A stretch of DNA of 64,000 nucleotides from Chloroflexota bacterium (lineage in GTDB: Bacteria > Chloroflexota > Dehalococcoidia > JACQUO01), in assembly GCA_016210205.1 (NCBI GenBank), contig JACQUO010000029.1, forward strand, positions 11,197 through 75,196, read 5' to 3'. The translations under genes were made by a program, and so were the position numbers. Below, piece after piece: positions 15,799 through 24,311 of this stretch (the first letter of the stretch is position 1; each line of letters opens with the position of its first letter). The notes beneath the pieces were generated by a model, which saw only the letters and a list, made by a program, of their open reading frames with translations, was not told the DNA's origin and ran no database searches.

Positions 15799-17649
15799 CT
15801 ACTTCCCGGCGGGGGCGGCGTAGTTCATGGTGTAGAGATGCGCATACAGCCCGCCCCGGGCCAGCAGCTCCCCGTGCGTCCCCTCCTCCACCACCCGCCC
15901 CCCCTCCAGCACCACGATGCGGTCGGCGCCCCGGATGGTGGACAGCCGATGGGCAATCACCACGGCGGTGCGCCCCGTGAGCAGCTTCGCCAGGGCCTTT
16001 TGTATCAGCAGCTCCGTCTGGGTGTCGATGTTGGCGGTGGCCTCGTCCAGGATGAGGATTTGCGGGTCCGCCAGCACCGCCCGGGCCAAGGAGAGCAGCT
16101 GCCGCTGCCCCACGGAGAGGTTGACCCCCCGCTCCTGGACCGGGGTGTCGTAGCCCCGCTCCAGCCTCATGATGAAGTCGTGGGCGCCCACCGCCTGGGC
16201 CGCCGCCTCCACCTCGTCCGCGCCGGCGCCGGGCCGCCCGTAGCGGATGTTGTCCCGCACGGTGCCGGTGAAGAGGAAGGGGTCCTGGAGCACCATGGCG
16301 ATGTGCCGCCGCAGGCTGCCGAAGGAAAGGTCCCGCACCTCGTGGCCGTCCAGGCTGAGGCTGCCCCGGGTGACATCGTAGAAGCGGGCGATGAGGTTCA
16401 CCAGGGTGCTCTTGCCCGCGCCCGTGGGCCCCACCAGGGCCACCGTCTCCCCCGGGCGGATGTGCAGGTCGAGGTCCTGGAGCACCGGGAGGCCCGGGAG
16501 ATACTCAAAGGAGGCCTGGCGGAAGCGGATTTCGCCCTTGAGCTTCACCTCCTGGGCCTGGGGCGACTCCGCCACCTCCACGGGGGCGTCCAGCACCTCG
16601 AAGACCCGCTCGCCCGAGGCCATGGCCCGCTGCATCTGGGTGTACTGCTGGGTCAGGCTGCGGATGGGGTCGAAGAAGCGCTGGATGTAGAGGGTGAAGG
16701 CGATGAGGGCGCCCACCTTGAGCTCGCCCGCCAGCACCTGGGCCCCGCCGAAGACAATCACCAGGGCCGTGGCTAGGGCCACCAGGATTTCCACCACTGG
16801 CTGGATGGCCGCCCCCAGCCGGCCCGCGGAGAGGTTGGCCTCCAGGTGCGCCTCGTTCACCGCGTCGAAACGCTCCAGGTTCACCCGCTCCCGGGTCAGG
16901 CTCTGGATGACCCGCACCCCGGAGATGTTCTCCTGGAGGCCGGCGTTGACCACGGCGATGGCCTGCCTCACCCGCAGGAAGACGCCCCGGGCCCGGGTCT
17001 GCCACCAGACCACCACCAGGGCCAGCAGAGGGATGACGCTCATGGTAATCAGGGCCAAGCGCAGGTTCATGGAGAGCAACACCACCACCACCCCCACTAA
17101 AACCAGGGAATCCCCGACGGTGGCGAGGATGCCGTTGGAGATGAGATCCTGGAGCTGCTCCACATCGTTCTGCACCCGGGACATGATGCGCCCCACCTCG
17201 TTGCGGTCGTAGAAGGACAGGGAAAGGCGCTGGAGATGCCCGAACATCCGGGCCTTGAGGGTGAAGAGCACCCCCTGCCCGATATGGGCGATGGCCCGGA
17301 GCTCCATATACTGGGAGGCCCAGCCCAGGAGGGCATTGCCCACGAAGACCAAGGCGATGAAGTCCAGCCCCGCCAGGTCCCCGGTGGCGATGAAGCGGTC
17401 GATGGCTACCCCCACCAGCCAGGGCGTGATGAGGGACGAAGCAGAGGAGACCACCATCCCCACGAAGCCCAGCACGAGCAGGAGCTTGTAGGGGGCCAGA
17501 TAAGCCACCAGGCGGGAGAAGACCTTGGGGTCATAGACCCGGCCCAGCTCCCGGTCGTCCAGGGCGCTGCCCAGCCGTCCAGCCCCGGCCCCCACCCCGG
17601 GGCCTCCCCCGTGATAGGGCCCGCCGAAGCCACCGCCGCCGTGATACAT
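15799..17649 (-). CDS. ABC exporter, fused permease/ATPase (half-transporter B)
   Basis: 616 aa with six predicted TM helices followed by an NBD: Walker A GPTGAGKST, signature LSVGQRQ, Walker B ILILDEAT. Confidence 0.9.
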   Translation of the reverse strand: MYHGGGGFGGPYHGGGPGVGAGAGRLGSALDDRELGRVYDPKVFSRLVAYLAPYKLLLVLGFVGMVVSSASSLITPWLVGVAIDRFIATGDLAGLDFIALVFVGNALLGWASQYMELRAIAHIGQGVLFTLKARMFGHLQRLSLSFYDRNEVGRIMSRVQNDVEQLQDLISNGILATVGDSLVLVGVVVVLLSMNLRLALITMSVIPLLALVVVWWQTRARGVFLRVRQAIAVVNAGLQENISGVRVIQSLTRERVNLERFDAVNEAHLEANLSAGRLGAAIQPVVEILVALATALVIVFGGAQVLAGELKVGALIAFTLYIQRFFDPIRSLTQQYTQMQRAMASGERVFEVLDAPVEVAESPQAQEVKLKGEIRFRQASFEYLPGLPVLQDLDLHIRPGETVALVGPTGAGKSTLVNLIARFYDVTRGSLSLDGHEVRDLSFGSLRRHIAMVLQDPFLFTGTVRDNIRYGRPGAGADEVEAAAQAVGAHDFIMRLERGYDTPVQERGVNLSVGQRQLLSLARAVLADPQILILDEATANIDTQTELLIQKALAKLLTGRTAVVIAHRLSTIRGADRIVVLEGGRVVEEGTHGELLARGGLYAHLYTMNYAAPAGK

Positions 17650-17661
17650 CTACCTCAGCCC

Positions 17662-19452
17662 TCAGGAAGGCGCATGAAATTCGTGGGCGTCCCGACCCAC
17701 CCCGGCCTCCGTGGGGCCCAGGGCCTCCTCCTGGTCCCGCAACTGGAGGTCATATATCTCCCGGTAGCGCCCGCCCTGGGCCAGGAGCGCCTCATGGCGG
17801 CCTCGCTCCACAATCCTCCCCTGGTGCAAGACCAGGATTTGGTCGGCTCGCTTCACCGTGCGCAGCCGCTGGGCCACGATGAAGGTGGTGCGGCCCCGCA
17901 TCAGCTCCTCCAGGGCCAGGTGGAGGTAGTACTCCGTCTCCGTGTCCACGCTGGAGGTGACGTCGTCCAGGATGAGGATGCGGGGGTCGGCCAAAAGGGT
18001 GCGGGCGATGGCCAGGCGCTGCTTCTGGCCCCCGGAGAGGGTGATGCCCCGCTCCCCCACCCAGGTGTCGTAGCCCTGGGGCAGGCTCTCGATGAAGTCG
18101 TGGAGGCGGGCCACCTTGGCCGCAGCCTTTATCTCCTCCAGGCCGGCGCCGGGGACGCCGTAGGCGATGTTGTCCCGGATGGTGGCAGAGAAGAGGAAGA
18201 CATCCTGCTGGACGACGCCCACGGCGCCGCGGACGGAGGCCAGGGTCGCCTCCCGGAGGTCCGTGCCGTCGATGGTGATGCGCCCCGCGCTGACATCGTA
18301 AAAGCGGGGGAGGAGGCTCACGATGGTGGTCTTGCCGCTGCCGGTGGCCCCCACTAGGGCCACCACCTCCCCGGGCCTGGCCTCGAAGCTGACATCGGCG
18401 AGCACGGGGGCCCGCTTCTCGTAGGAGAAGGACACCTCCTCGAAGCGGACCAGCCCCCGAACTGTGCCCAGGGGCCTGGCCCCGGGCCTGTCTCGGACCT
18501 CGGGCATCGCGTCCAGAATCTCGAAGACGCGCTGCCCGGCGGAGGTGGCCCGGGAGAAGAGGTTGACGATGAAGCCCAGCATGCGCACCGGCATGGAGAG
18601 CATAACCAGATACAGGAAGAACTGGGTGAGCTGGCCCGGGGTGAGGTTTCCCCCCACCACATCCCTACCCCCATACCAGAGGACCAGGGCCGTGGCCAGG
18701 GCCAGGAGAAAGGACATGAAGGGGGTGTTGAAGGCCTGAATGCGGTTGGCCGCCAGGTTAAGGTCATAGACCTTGCGGTTCTTGACCTCGAACTTGGCGC
18801 TCTGGGCCGCCTCCTGGCCGAAGGCCTTGACCACCCGCACGCCGGAGAGGCTCTCCTGGAGCACCACCCCCACCTCCGCGGTGGTCTGCTGGATGGCCAG
18901 CCAGATGGGGCGCAGACGGCGGGCCACCACCGCGGCCCGGACGGCCACGAAGGGCAGGATGGCGAAGGACACCAGGGCCAGCCGCCAGTTCAGGGAGAGC
19001 AGGAGGAAGGAGACCGCCCCCAGGAGCACCACCAGATTGACGGTCCGCTGGAGCCCAAAGCCAACAAACCATCGCACCCCCTCCACATCGGAGGTGGCCC
19101 GGGACATGAGCTGCCCCGTCTGGGCCCGGTCGTGGAAGGAGAAGGACAGGTGCTGGATGCGGTCGTAGAGGGCGTTGCGGAGGTCATAGGCCACCTTCTG
19201 GGAGATATACTCCACCAGATAGGCCTGGGCGTAGGCGAAGCCGCCCCTCAGGGCGCTGGCCAGGAGGATGGCCAGGGCCAAGAGCAGCAACAGGCGCGGC
19301 TCCCCCTGGGAGAGGACACTGTCCACCGCCTGCCCCACCAGCCGCGGCACCAAGAGCGAGAACGCCGTGGCCGCCAGGAGGGAGAAGTAGGCCCCCAGGG
19401 TGGCCAGCCAGTATTTCCTCTGGAAGGAGAGCAGCCGCAGCAGAATGCCCAT
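17662..19452 (-). CDS. ABC exporter, fused permease/ATPase (half-transporter A)
   Basis: 596 aa: Walker A GATGSGKTT, signature LSGGQKQR, Walker B ILILDDVT. It is adjacent to its partner, suggesting a heterodimer. Confidence 0.9.
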   Translation of the reverse strand: MGILLRLLSFQRKYWLATLGAYFSLLAATAFSLLVPRLVGQAVDSVLSQGEPRLLLLLALAILLASALRGGFAYAQAYLVEYISQKVAYDLRNALYDRIQHLSFSFHDRAQTGQLMSRATSDVEGVRWFVGFGLQRTVNLVVLLGAVSFLLLSLNWRLALVSFAILPFVAVRAAVVARRLRPIWLAIQQTTAEVGVVLQESLSGVRVVKAFGQEAAQSAKFEVKNRKVYDLNLAANRIQAFNTPFMSFLLALATALVLWYGGRDVVGGNLTPGQLTQFFLYLVMLSMPVRMLGFIVNLFSRATSAGQRVFEILDAMPEVRDRPGARPLGTVRGLVRFEEVSFSYEKRAPVLADVSFEARPGEVVALVGATGSGKTTIVSLLPRFYDVSAGRITIDGTDLREATLASVRGAVGVVQQDVFLFSATIRDNIAYGVPGAGLEEIKAAAKVARLHDFIESLPQGYDTWVGERGITLSGGQKQRLAIARTLLADPRILILDDVTSSVDTETEYYLHLALEELMRGRTTFIVAQRLRTVKRADQILVLHQGRIVERGRHEALLAQGGRYREIYDLQLRDQEEALGPTEAGVGRDAHEFHAPS

Positions 19453-19489
19453 AGCCTTAACTTGCGCCTTTCGCCATCCTCTAAACCAG

Positions 19490-19518
19490 ATTATAGCCTA
19501 GCTACGAACGAAAGTAAA
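19490..19518 (-). promoter_or_regulatory. Putative promoter of the ABC exporter operon
   Basis: The minus strand reads TTTACT - 17 nt - TATAAT, about 35 nt upstream of the ATG at 19452. Confidence 0.5.
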
Positions 19519-19537
19519 AATCCTTAATTGAATGAAT

Positions 19538-19592
19538 CTGGGGTACACCCCCAGACCCCCGACCAGGGGACAGCGCCCCCTGGTAACCCCCC
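19538..19592 (+). repeat. GC-rich palindromic repeat element (short copy R4)
   Basis: ctggggtacacccccagacccccgaccaggggacagcgccccctggtaacccc contains the same core as R1 and R2. Confidence 0.5.
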
Positions 19593-19675
19593 TTGCTAAG
19601 CAATCGGCTATGGAGAGTAACCTTATGGAGTTTAAGGAAACGAGGGGCTGGGGGAAGAAAAAAGCTGGGAAGGAG

Positions 19676-20218
19676 CTAGCGGACGAACAGGGGGGCGCCC
19701 AGGGCCTGGGAGAGCTTCTTGCCCACCTTCTCGGCCTTCTTGGAGGCATAGGTGTTGATGACCCCCACGGAGCCGCCGGCCCTGGTCTCCAGGGAGACAT
19801 ACCACCGTTTGGGGTCCAGGCCCGCCTTGAGACGGCTCCGCTTGCGCTTGCGTGAGGGGTTGGAGACCCGCACCCGGGCCAACTGGGCCAGGGGCACCCG
19901 GTTGGAGGCCCGCACCCGGTTCCAGCGCATGAGATATACCCCCACCACCTTGTCTTGCCGGTCCAGGATCACCACCATCGCGCTGTGCATGGCCCGGAAA
20001 ATCATATAAATGCTGTAGCCCCCCATCAGGGCCACGGAGACCGCGGGGATAATGACAAATAAGAGGAGATTGCCCTCCTGGTACCTCTCCCAGGTCAGGG
20101 CAATATACCCGCCCATGGCCGCAGAGAGGACGAGGAATAAGCCCTGCTTGAGGGCCTCACCCAGACCGCCCGAGGAGAAGATAATCTCCCTGCCTCGGCG
20201 GGATGACCGGCTGAACAA
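19676..20218 (-). CDS. Hypothetical membrane protein (two TM helices plus a basic cytosolic tail)
   Basis: 180-aa ORF with GC3-rich codon usage. Hydrophobic segments are LFLVLSAAMGGYIAL and LLLFVIIPAVSVALMGGYSIYMIF. No family was recognised. Confidence 0.5.
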   Translation of the reverse strand: MFSRSSRRGREIIFSSGGLGEALKQGLFLVLSAAMGGYIALTWERYQEGNLLLFVIIPAVSVALMGGYSIYMIFRAMHSAMVVILDRQDKVVGVYLMRWNRVRASNRVPLAQLARVRVSNPSRKRKRSRLKAGLDPKRWYVSLETRAGGSVGVINTYASKKAEKVGKKLSQALGAPLFVR

Positions 20219-20555
20219 GCTAAAAAGGCTCCCGAAAGGATACTTGCGGCCCCATTATAGGCCAAGGGGCAGGCGCGGGCAAGGCGGACCTCCCTGCCGA
20301 AAACCCTTGCCTCTGGCCATGCCACAAGCAGGCCGGCAGCAGCCTCAGGGCTAAAGCCCCTGCCTTTTCCCCACCCTCACGCCAAGCGTCCGCTGACATA
20401 AGAACCTTTCTTGCACTATTTGCAAGTTTTGGGTAAAATCTTGTGGGCGCCCGAACTACACCCCGCCGGGCCTCTTGATTGCTGAAAGCGTAGCAGTTCG
20501 CCCTGTCACCCGCTACCCACACGGTCCACTTAACCTCGCGATAGGAGAAGAAGGG

Positions 20556-21146
20556 ATGCAACAGACACAGGAGATAGCCAAGCCACCTGTAGCCAGCCGC
20601 GGGGGTGCGCCACAGCAGCCCCCGGCAGAGGGAGCCAACTGGCTGAAGGCCGCCAAAAGCCGCCTGAAGCTGGAGCTACAGGGTATTGCATTCGCTATCT
20701 CCCACGGCGCCAGTCCCCAGGAATATGCCCATTTCCTCTGGGCCCGAGGGGCGGTGGCCTGGATGGGCACCATGTCGCCCAGCGCCGACAGCTACCTGCT
20801 CAAGGAGATGACAGCCATGGCGACTTTGTTTCCCTGGGTGCGCATCGAGCCAGGAGAGCTGACGGCGGAGCGAGGCGTGATTACCATGCGCGACGGCTGC
20901 TGCGGCGGCTATGGGAATAACCGCTGGCGATTGGCCCGCAGCCTAGGGCTGGATAAAACCCAGGTGTGCCGCTACTGTGGCGAGGCCTTCAAGGTTTGGG
21001 GAAGCCAGTTGAAGCTAAAGGTGGCCCCCCATCCCCAGCGGGATGAGTCCTGTAAACTCCGCGCCGCCAGGATAAACAGTGCTACTTTGAGCCAGACGAA
21101 ACTTTTTCCGCCCCCAGGGACGCAGCAAACGGCACCACGAGGTTAG
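20556..21146 (+). CDS. Hypothetical protein (Cys-containing, unknown function)
   Basis: 196 aa from an ATG preceded by GGAGAAGAAGGG. Its motifs include DGCCGGYGNNRW and VCRYCGEAF. No family was recognised with confidence. Confidence 0.5.
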   Translation: MQQTQEIAKPPVASRGGAPQQPPAEGANWLKAAKSRLKLELQGIAFAISHGASPQEYAHFLWARGAVAWMGTMSPSADSYLLKEMTAMATLFPWVRIEPGELTAERGVITMRDGCCGGYGNNRWRLARSLGLDKTQVCRYCGEAFKVWGSQLKLKVAPHPQRDESCKLRAARINSATLSQTKLFPPPGTQQTAPRG

Positions 21147-21398
21147 AGGTGTGAGTGGCTGGGGCTGTCCTCATGAGATAAACTACCGTTGCCTGCGCCT
21201 TCAGCGCGATTGTGCACCTGGAATCAAAGGCTGTATCCTTTATGGTTTGGTAAGCCGGCTCATGGAACAGACCAGGAGAGGGAAGACCCCAACCCCACCA
21301 CTCAAGCTGCCGACCCTCAGACGCATCCAGTCTCGGGTTGACCGCCCCAGTGTTTACACCCGCCAGTCAACTCGGGCGACAAGGACAGACATTCTCCT

Positions 21399-21653
21399 TC
21401 AGACGCAGCAGTTAGAGATGGTGGCCACCACCACCACATCCCCCGCGGCGGCCGCGGCCCCATAAGCCGTCCGCAGGGCCCGGAAGATAGCCTCCTGGTC
21501 GGGGGCGACCATCTCGGTGCTCATGTCCCCCACCTTATGTTCCACCCCCGCCGCGGCCAAGGCAGCGATGGCGGCCTTGATGGGGCCACCGTAGTCCTTC
21601 ACCCCCAGGGGATAGACGGCCAGCTGGCAGGAAATCACGGGGAGCCTCCTCAA
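21399..21653 (-). CDS. MTH1187/YkoF-family (thiamine-binding-like) small protein
   Basis: 84 aa. VISCQLAVYPLGVKDYGGPIKAAIAALAAAGVEHKVGDMSTEM matches the characteristic beta-alpha pattern of this family. There is a 4-bp overlap with the upstream peroxiredoxin. Confidence 0.75.
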   Translation of the reverse strand: MRRLPVISCQLAVYPLGVKDYGGPIKAAIAALAAAGVEHKVGDMSTEMVAPDQEAIFRALRTAYGAAAAAGDVVVVATISNCCV

Positions 21654-22111
21654 ATGCGACTTACATAAGCCAGTAAGTCTTCCACACTGGGCCGGCCCAG
21701 GGAGGTGCTCATAATTACCTCATAAGCTATAGTGCCATCGGGATACAAGATGAAGATGGCAGGCTCGTTGTGGCGGAACTGCTCGTTATAAAACAAGTCA
21801 TAGGCCTTAATAATCTCCGTGGTCAGCCCCGGGAGGACCGGAAAGGAAAGGTTCAGCCGGCTGTGAAAACTCAGCGCCTCTTCGGGGCCATCAGTGCTGG
21901 CGGCAATTATCTGGGTGTTATTTTCTGCAAACTGAGGAACCCGACTCTGCAGGTTGACAAGATAAAGGTTGCAAATAGGACACCACGCCCCCCGATAAAA
22001 GACCAGCATGGTCTTTTTGCCGCCGAGATGCTCCGAGAGACGAAAGGGCCGCCCCTGAACATCCCTGAGACTGAAGTCTGGGGCCTTGTCTCCGAGCTTA
22101 AGCTTGGGCAT
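21650..22111 (-). CDS. Peroxiredoxin / AhpC-TSA family thiol peroxidase
   Basis: 153 aa with a thioredoxin-fold motif, FYRGAWCPICN. Confidence 0.85.
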   Translation of the reverse strand: MPKLKLGDKAPDFSLRDVQGRPFRLSEHLGGKKTMLVFYRGAWCPICNLYLVNLQSRVPQFAENNTQIIAASTDGPEEALSFHSRLNLSFPVLPGLTTEIIKAYDLFYNEQFRHNEPAIFILYPDGTIAYEVIMSTSLGRPSVEDLLAYVSRI

Positions 22112-22294
22112 GGGGCCTGTTTCTCCAGGGCGCGCTTAGGCGATGCCTTTCTTACTCCTTTTGAAGAGATGATATGGCTGGGACGCCCAAATGTCAAGCT
22201 AGCCAGAACCCCAGGGAGGAGGTTCCAGCATCAACTATCTGCCGCTTCAAGGGAAGCCGCTCACTAGAAAGGGAAAGTGAGAGGCAGGTTGCCT

Positions 22295-22495
22295 TCAGCC
22301 CAGGCGCAGAGCCCGCTGGGGGCAGGCCCCCAGGCACTTGGCGCAGCCGTTGCAGAGGCCCCCCAGGAAGGGGCGCTCGTAGGTGGCCTCCTGGTAGATA
22401 GCCTTGATGGGGCAGCGCCGCCGCGCCTGGCAGCGGCCCTGAGGGCAGAGGCCGGGACGGCAGCGAGCGGGGTCGAGGACGATGACCTGGGGCAT
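22295..22495 (-). CDS. Small 4Fe-4S ferredoxin-like protein
   Basis: 66 aa. It has the canonical CNGCAKCLGACP motif plus an atypical first Cys group, CRPGLCPQGRCQARRRCP. Confidence 0.65.
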   Translation of the reverse strand: MPQVIVLDPARCRPGLCPQGRCQARRRCPIKAIYQEATYERPFLGGLCNGCAKCLGACPQRALRLG

Positions 22496-22502
22496 AGCGC
22501 TC

Positions 22503-22841
22503 CTAAAAGGCCCCCAGCGCCCGGTCGTGGCGCTCCATCAGGTGCTCCACCAGCTCGGGATAGCCCGCGATGCCCACCCCGGGGAGGAGGTCCCCCTCCC
22601 CGTAGCCACGCAGGGCCAGGTCCTCGGCCAGGCAGGAGCAGCCCCACCCCTGGGCCAGGCCCTGCTCCAACAGCTGCCGAGATTCCTGGCGGGAGCCTTT
22701 CAGGGAGGCCAGGACGGCGTCCTGAAGCAGGAACAGGGTAATCTGGTGGCCCTGGCCCCCAGCCTGGGACGCCAGCCGCAGCGCCGACTGGGCCTGGCTG
22801 GAGGCAGGGGGGCTGGAGATGAGGAAGAGCAAGGATGCCAT
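22503..22841 (-). CDS. DsrH/TusB-like sulfur-relay protein
   Basis: 112 aa with a DsrE/F/H-fold N-terminus (LLFLISSPPASS...TLFLLQDAV). It is the third gene of a DsrE-F-H-like triplet. Confidence 0.65.
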   Translation of the reverse strand: MASLLFLISSPPASSQAQSALRLASQAGGQGHQITLFLLQDAVLASLKGSRQESRQLLEQGLAQGWGCSCLAEDLALRGYGEGDLLPGVGIAGYPELVEHLMERHDRALGAF

Positions 22842-22849
22842 GATGCCTC

Positions 22850-23236
22850 CTAAAAGAGCAGAGTGGCCCCGGCCTCGGCCAGGAGCCGGGCCGCCCCGGC
22901 ATCGTCCACGACCTGGATGCCCGGAGCCAAAGCCCCTGGCTCCAGGCCCCGAGCCGCCAGAGAAGGGCCGTGGGCGCAGAGCCGGGCCCGGTTGGTGGAG
23001 CCATCGGGCATGGTGGTGGTGAGCTTGAGGGCCATGCCCAGCTTCTCCTCCAGGGACTCCATGCCGCTGCCCCCGGGGGTCTGCCCCCGCCGCAGGACAT
23101 AGACGCCATCCTCCATAAAGAGACCCGCCGTGGGCATGAGGTTGGCCACCCCCCCGTTGAGGTGGCGCAGGGCCTCCGAGGCGTTAATGCTCCCGTAAGG
23201 GGAGCTGCGCAGCAGGATGAGGACAGATTTAGCCAT
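22850..23236 (-). CDS. DsrF/TusC-like sulfur-relay protein
   Basis: 128 aa: SVLILLRSSPYGSINASEALR...FMEDGVY, typical of DsrF/TusC. Confidence 0.7.
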   Translation of the reverse strand: MAKSVLILLRSSPYGSINASEALRHLNGGVANLMPTAGLFMEDGVYVLRRGQTPGGSGMESLEEKLGMALKLTTTMPDGSTNRARLCAHGPSLAARGLEPGALAPGIQVVDDAGAARLLAEAGATLLF

Positions 23237-23246
23237 GTCGCTCCTT

Positions 23247-23591
23247 TCAGCCCAGGTTGATGACGGTGTGGCTGTCGGCGACGATGGCGAAGAGGTTCTT
23301 GAGGGAGGAAGGCTCCGCGCCGGACGCCAGGGCCCCCCGGTCGATGTCCCGCAGGGTGAGGCAGGAGCCGCAGAGGTCCACCCGCATCCCCCGGGCGATG
23401 AGGGCCTCCAGAGGGTTGGGTAGCCCGGCTATCTTCTGCCCCAGGGTGAAATTGTGGACGCCGTCGGCGGTGGCAAACAGCGTCACCCCATAGCCCTGCT
23501 CCAGGGCCGCCGCCGCCATCCTGGCCGCGGTGTGGGAGCTCTCCTTGCCGTGGGGCGTGGAGCCCAGGATGATGGCCAGAGTCTTAGCCAT
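23247..23591 (-). CDS. DsrE/TusD-like sulfur-relay protein
   Basis: 114 aa: LAIILGSTPHG...TLFATADGV...DLCGSCL (conserved Cys region). Confidence 0.75.
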   Translation of the reverse strand: MAKTLAIILGSTPHGKESSHTAARMAAAALEQGYGVTLFATADGVHNFTLGQKIAGLPNPLEALIARGMRVDLCGSCLTLRDIDRGALASGAEPSSLKNLFAIVADSHTVINLG

Positions 23592-23616
23592 AGCGCCTCC
23601 TCAGCTTGATTAAAGG

Positions 23617-23949
23617 CTAGGCCCCCCGCACCAGAGCCCCATCCTGGCGGAGCTGCTCCAGGAGTATCTCCCGCAGGGTGTCGAAGGCCAGGAGCAGCTT
23701 GGGGCTGGCCAGGCGGTAGAAGACGGCATTCCCCTCCTTGCGGGAGGCCAGGATGTGCCGCTGGCGCATGAGGGACAGGTGCTGGGAGAGATTGGCCATG
23801 GGGGTGTGCAACCGCTGGCTCAGCTCCGAGACCGAGAGCTCCTGCTCCCGCAAGGCGTTGATGATGCGCAGGCGCTTGGGATGAGCGAAGACCTGGCACA
23901 TCTCCGCATGGTAGGCGTAAAGCTGTTCTTGCAGGTCCAAACCGTCCAT
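23617..23949 (-). CDS. ArsR/SmtB-family transcriptional regulator
   Basis: 110 aa with a wHTH: HPKRLRIINALREQELSVSELSQRL...NLSQHLSLMRQ..ILASRKEGNAVFY. Confidence 0.85.
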   Translation of the reverse strand: MDGLDLQEQLYAYHAEMCQVFAHPKRLRIINALREQELSVSELSQRLHTPMANLSQHLSLMRQRHILASRKEGNAVFYRLASPKLLLAFDTLREILLEQLRQDGALVRGA

Positions 23950-23963
23950 CCTTAGGGTGATTA

Positions 23964-24013
23964 AGAATATTCTAAAGTAACTACACTATAACCTCACGCT
24001 ATCTTCCTGTCAA
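23964..24013 (-). promoter_or_regulatory. Putative promoter plus palindromic operator of the arsR-dsrEFH-like operon
   Basis: The minus strand reads TTGACA (24008-24013) - 17 nt - TATAGT (23985-23990). A perfect 10-bp palindrome, AGAATATTCT (23964-23973), lies between the -10 and the ATG. Confidence 0.6.
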
Positions 24014-24311
24014 CCCGCCTGGCCCCGGCGGCACTCGCCTCCCTTGCGGCCCCCCGACTGCCGCGAGACTCTTGGGGCGCGAAGAAAGCCCCCTTTGATA
24101 ACGATAAATGTGGTCCATGAGAGAGCGACGACACATCGGGCGGGAGTGGGGCCTGCCGTCTATGCCTGCCGGCCGAAGGGAAGAGGCGATGGGACGCTCC
24201 CCTTGTCGTTGCGGGAGTTGGCTGAGGGGCGGCGCCGTTCGGCAACCCGAGGCGGCACGTCATGCTGCGCTGAGAAGGGCTGGGGGTCAACCAGCAGCGG
24301 ACGGAGAGGTT

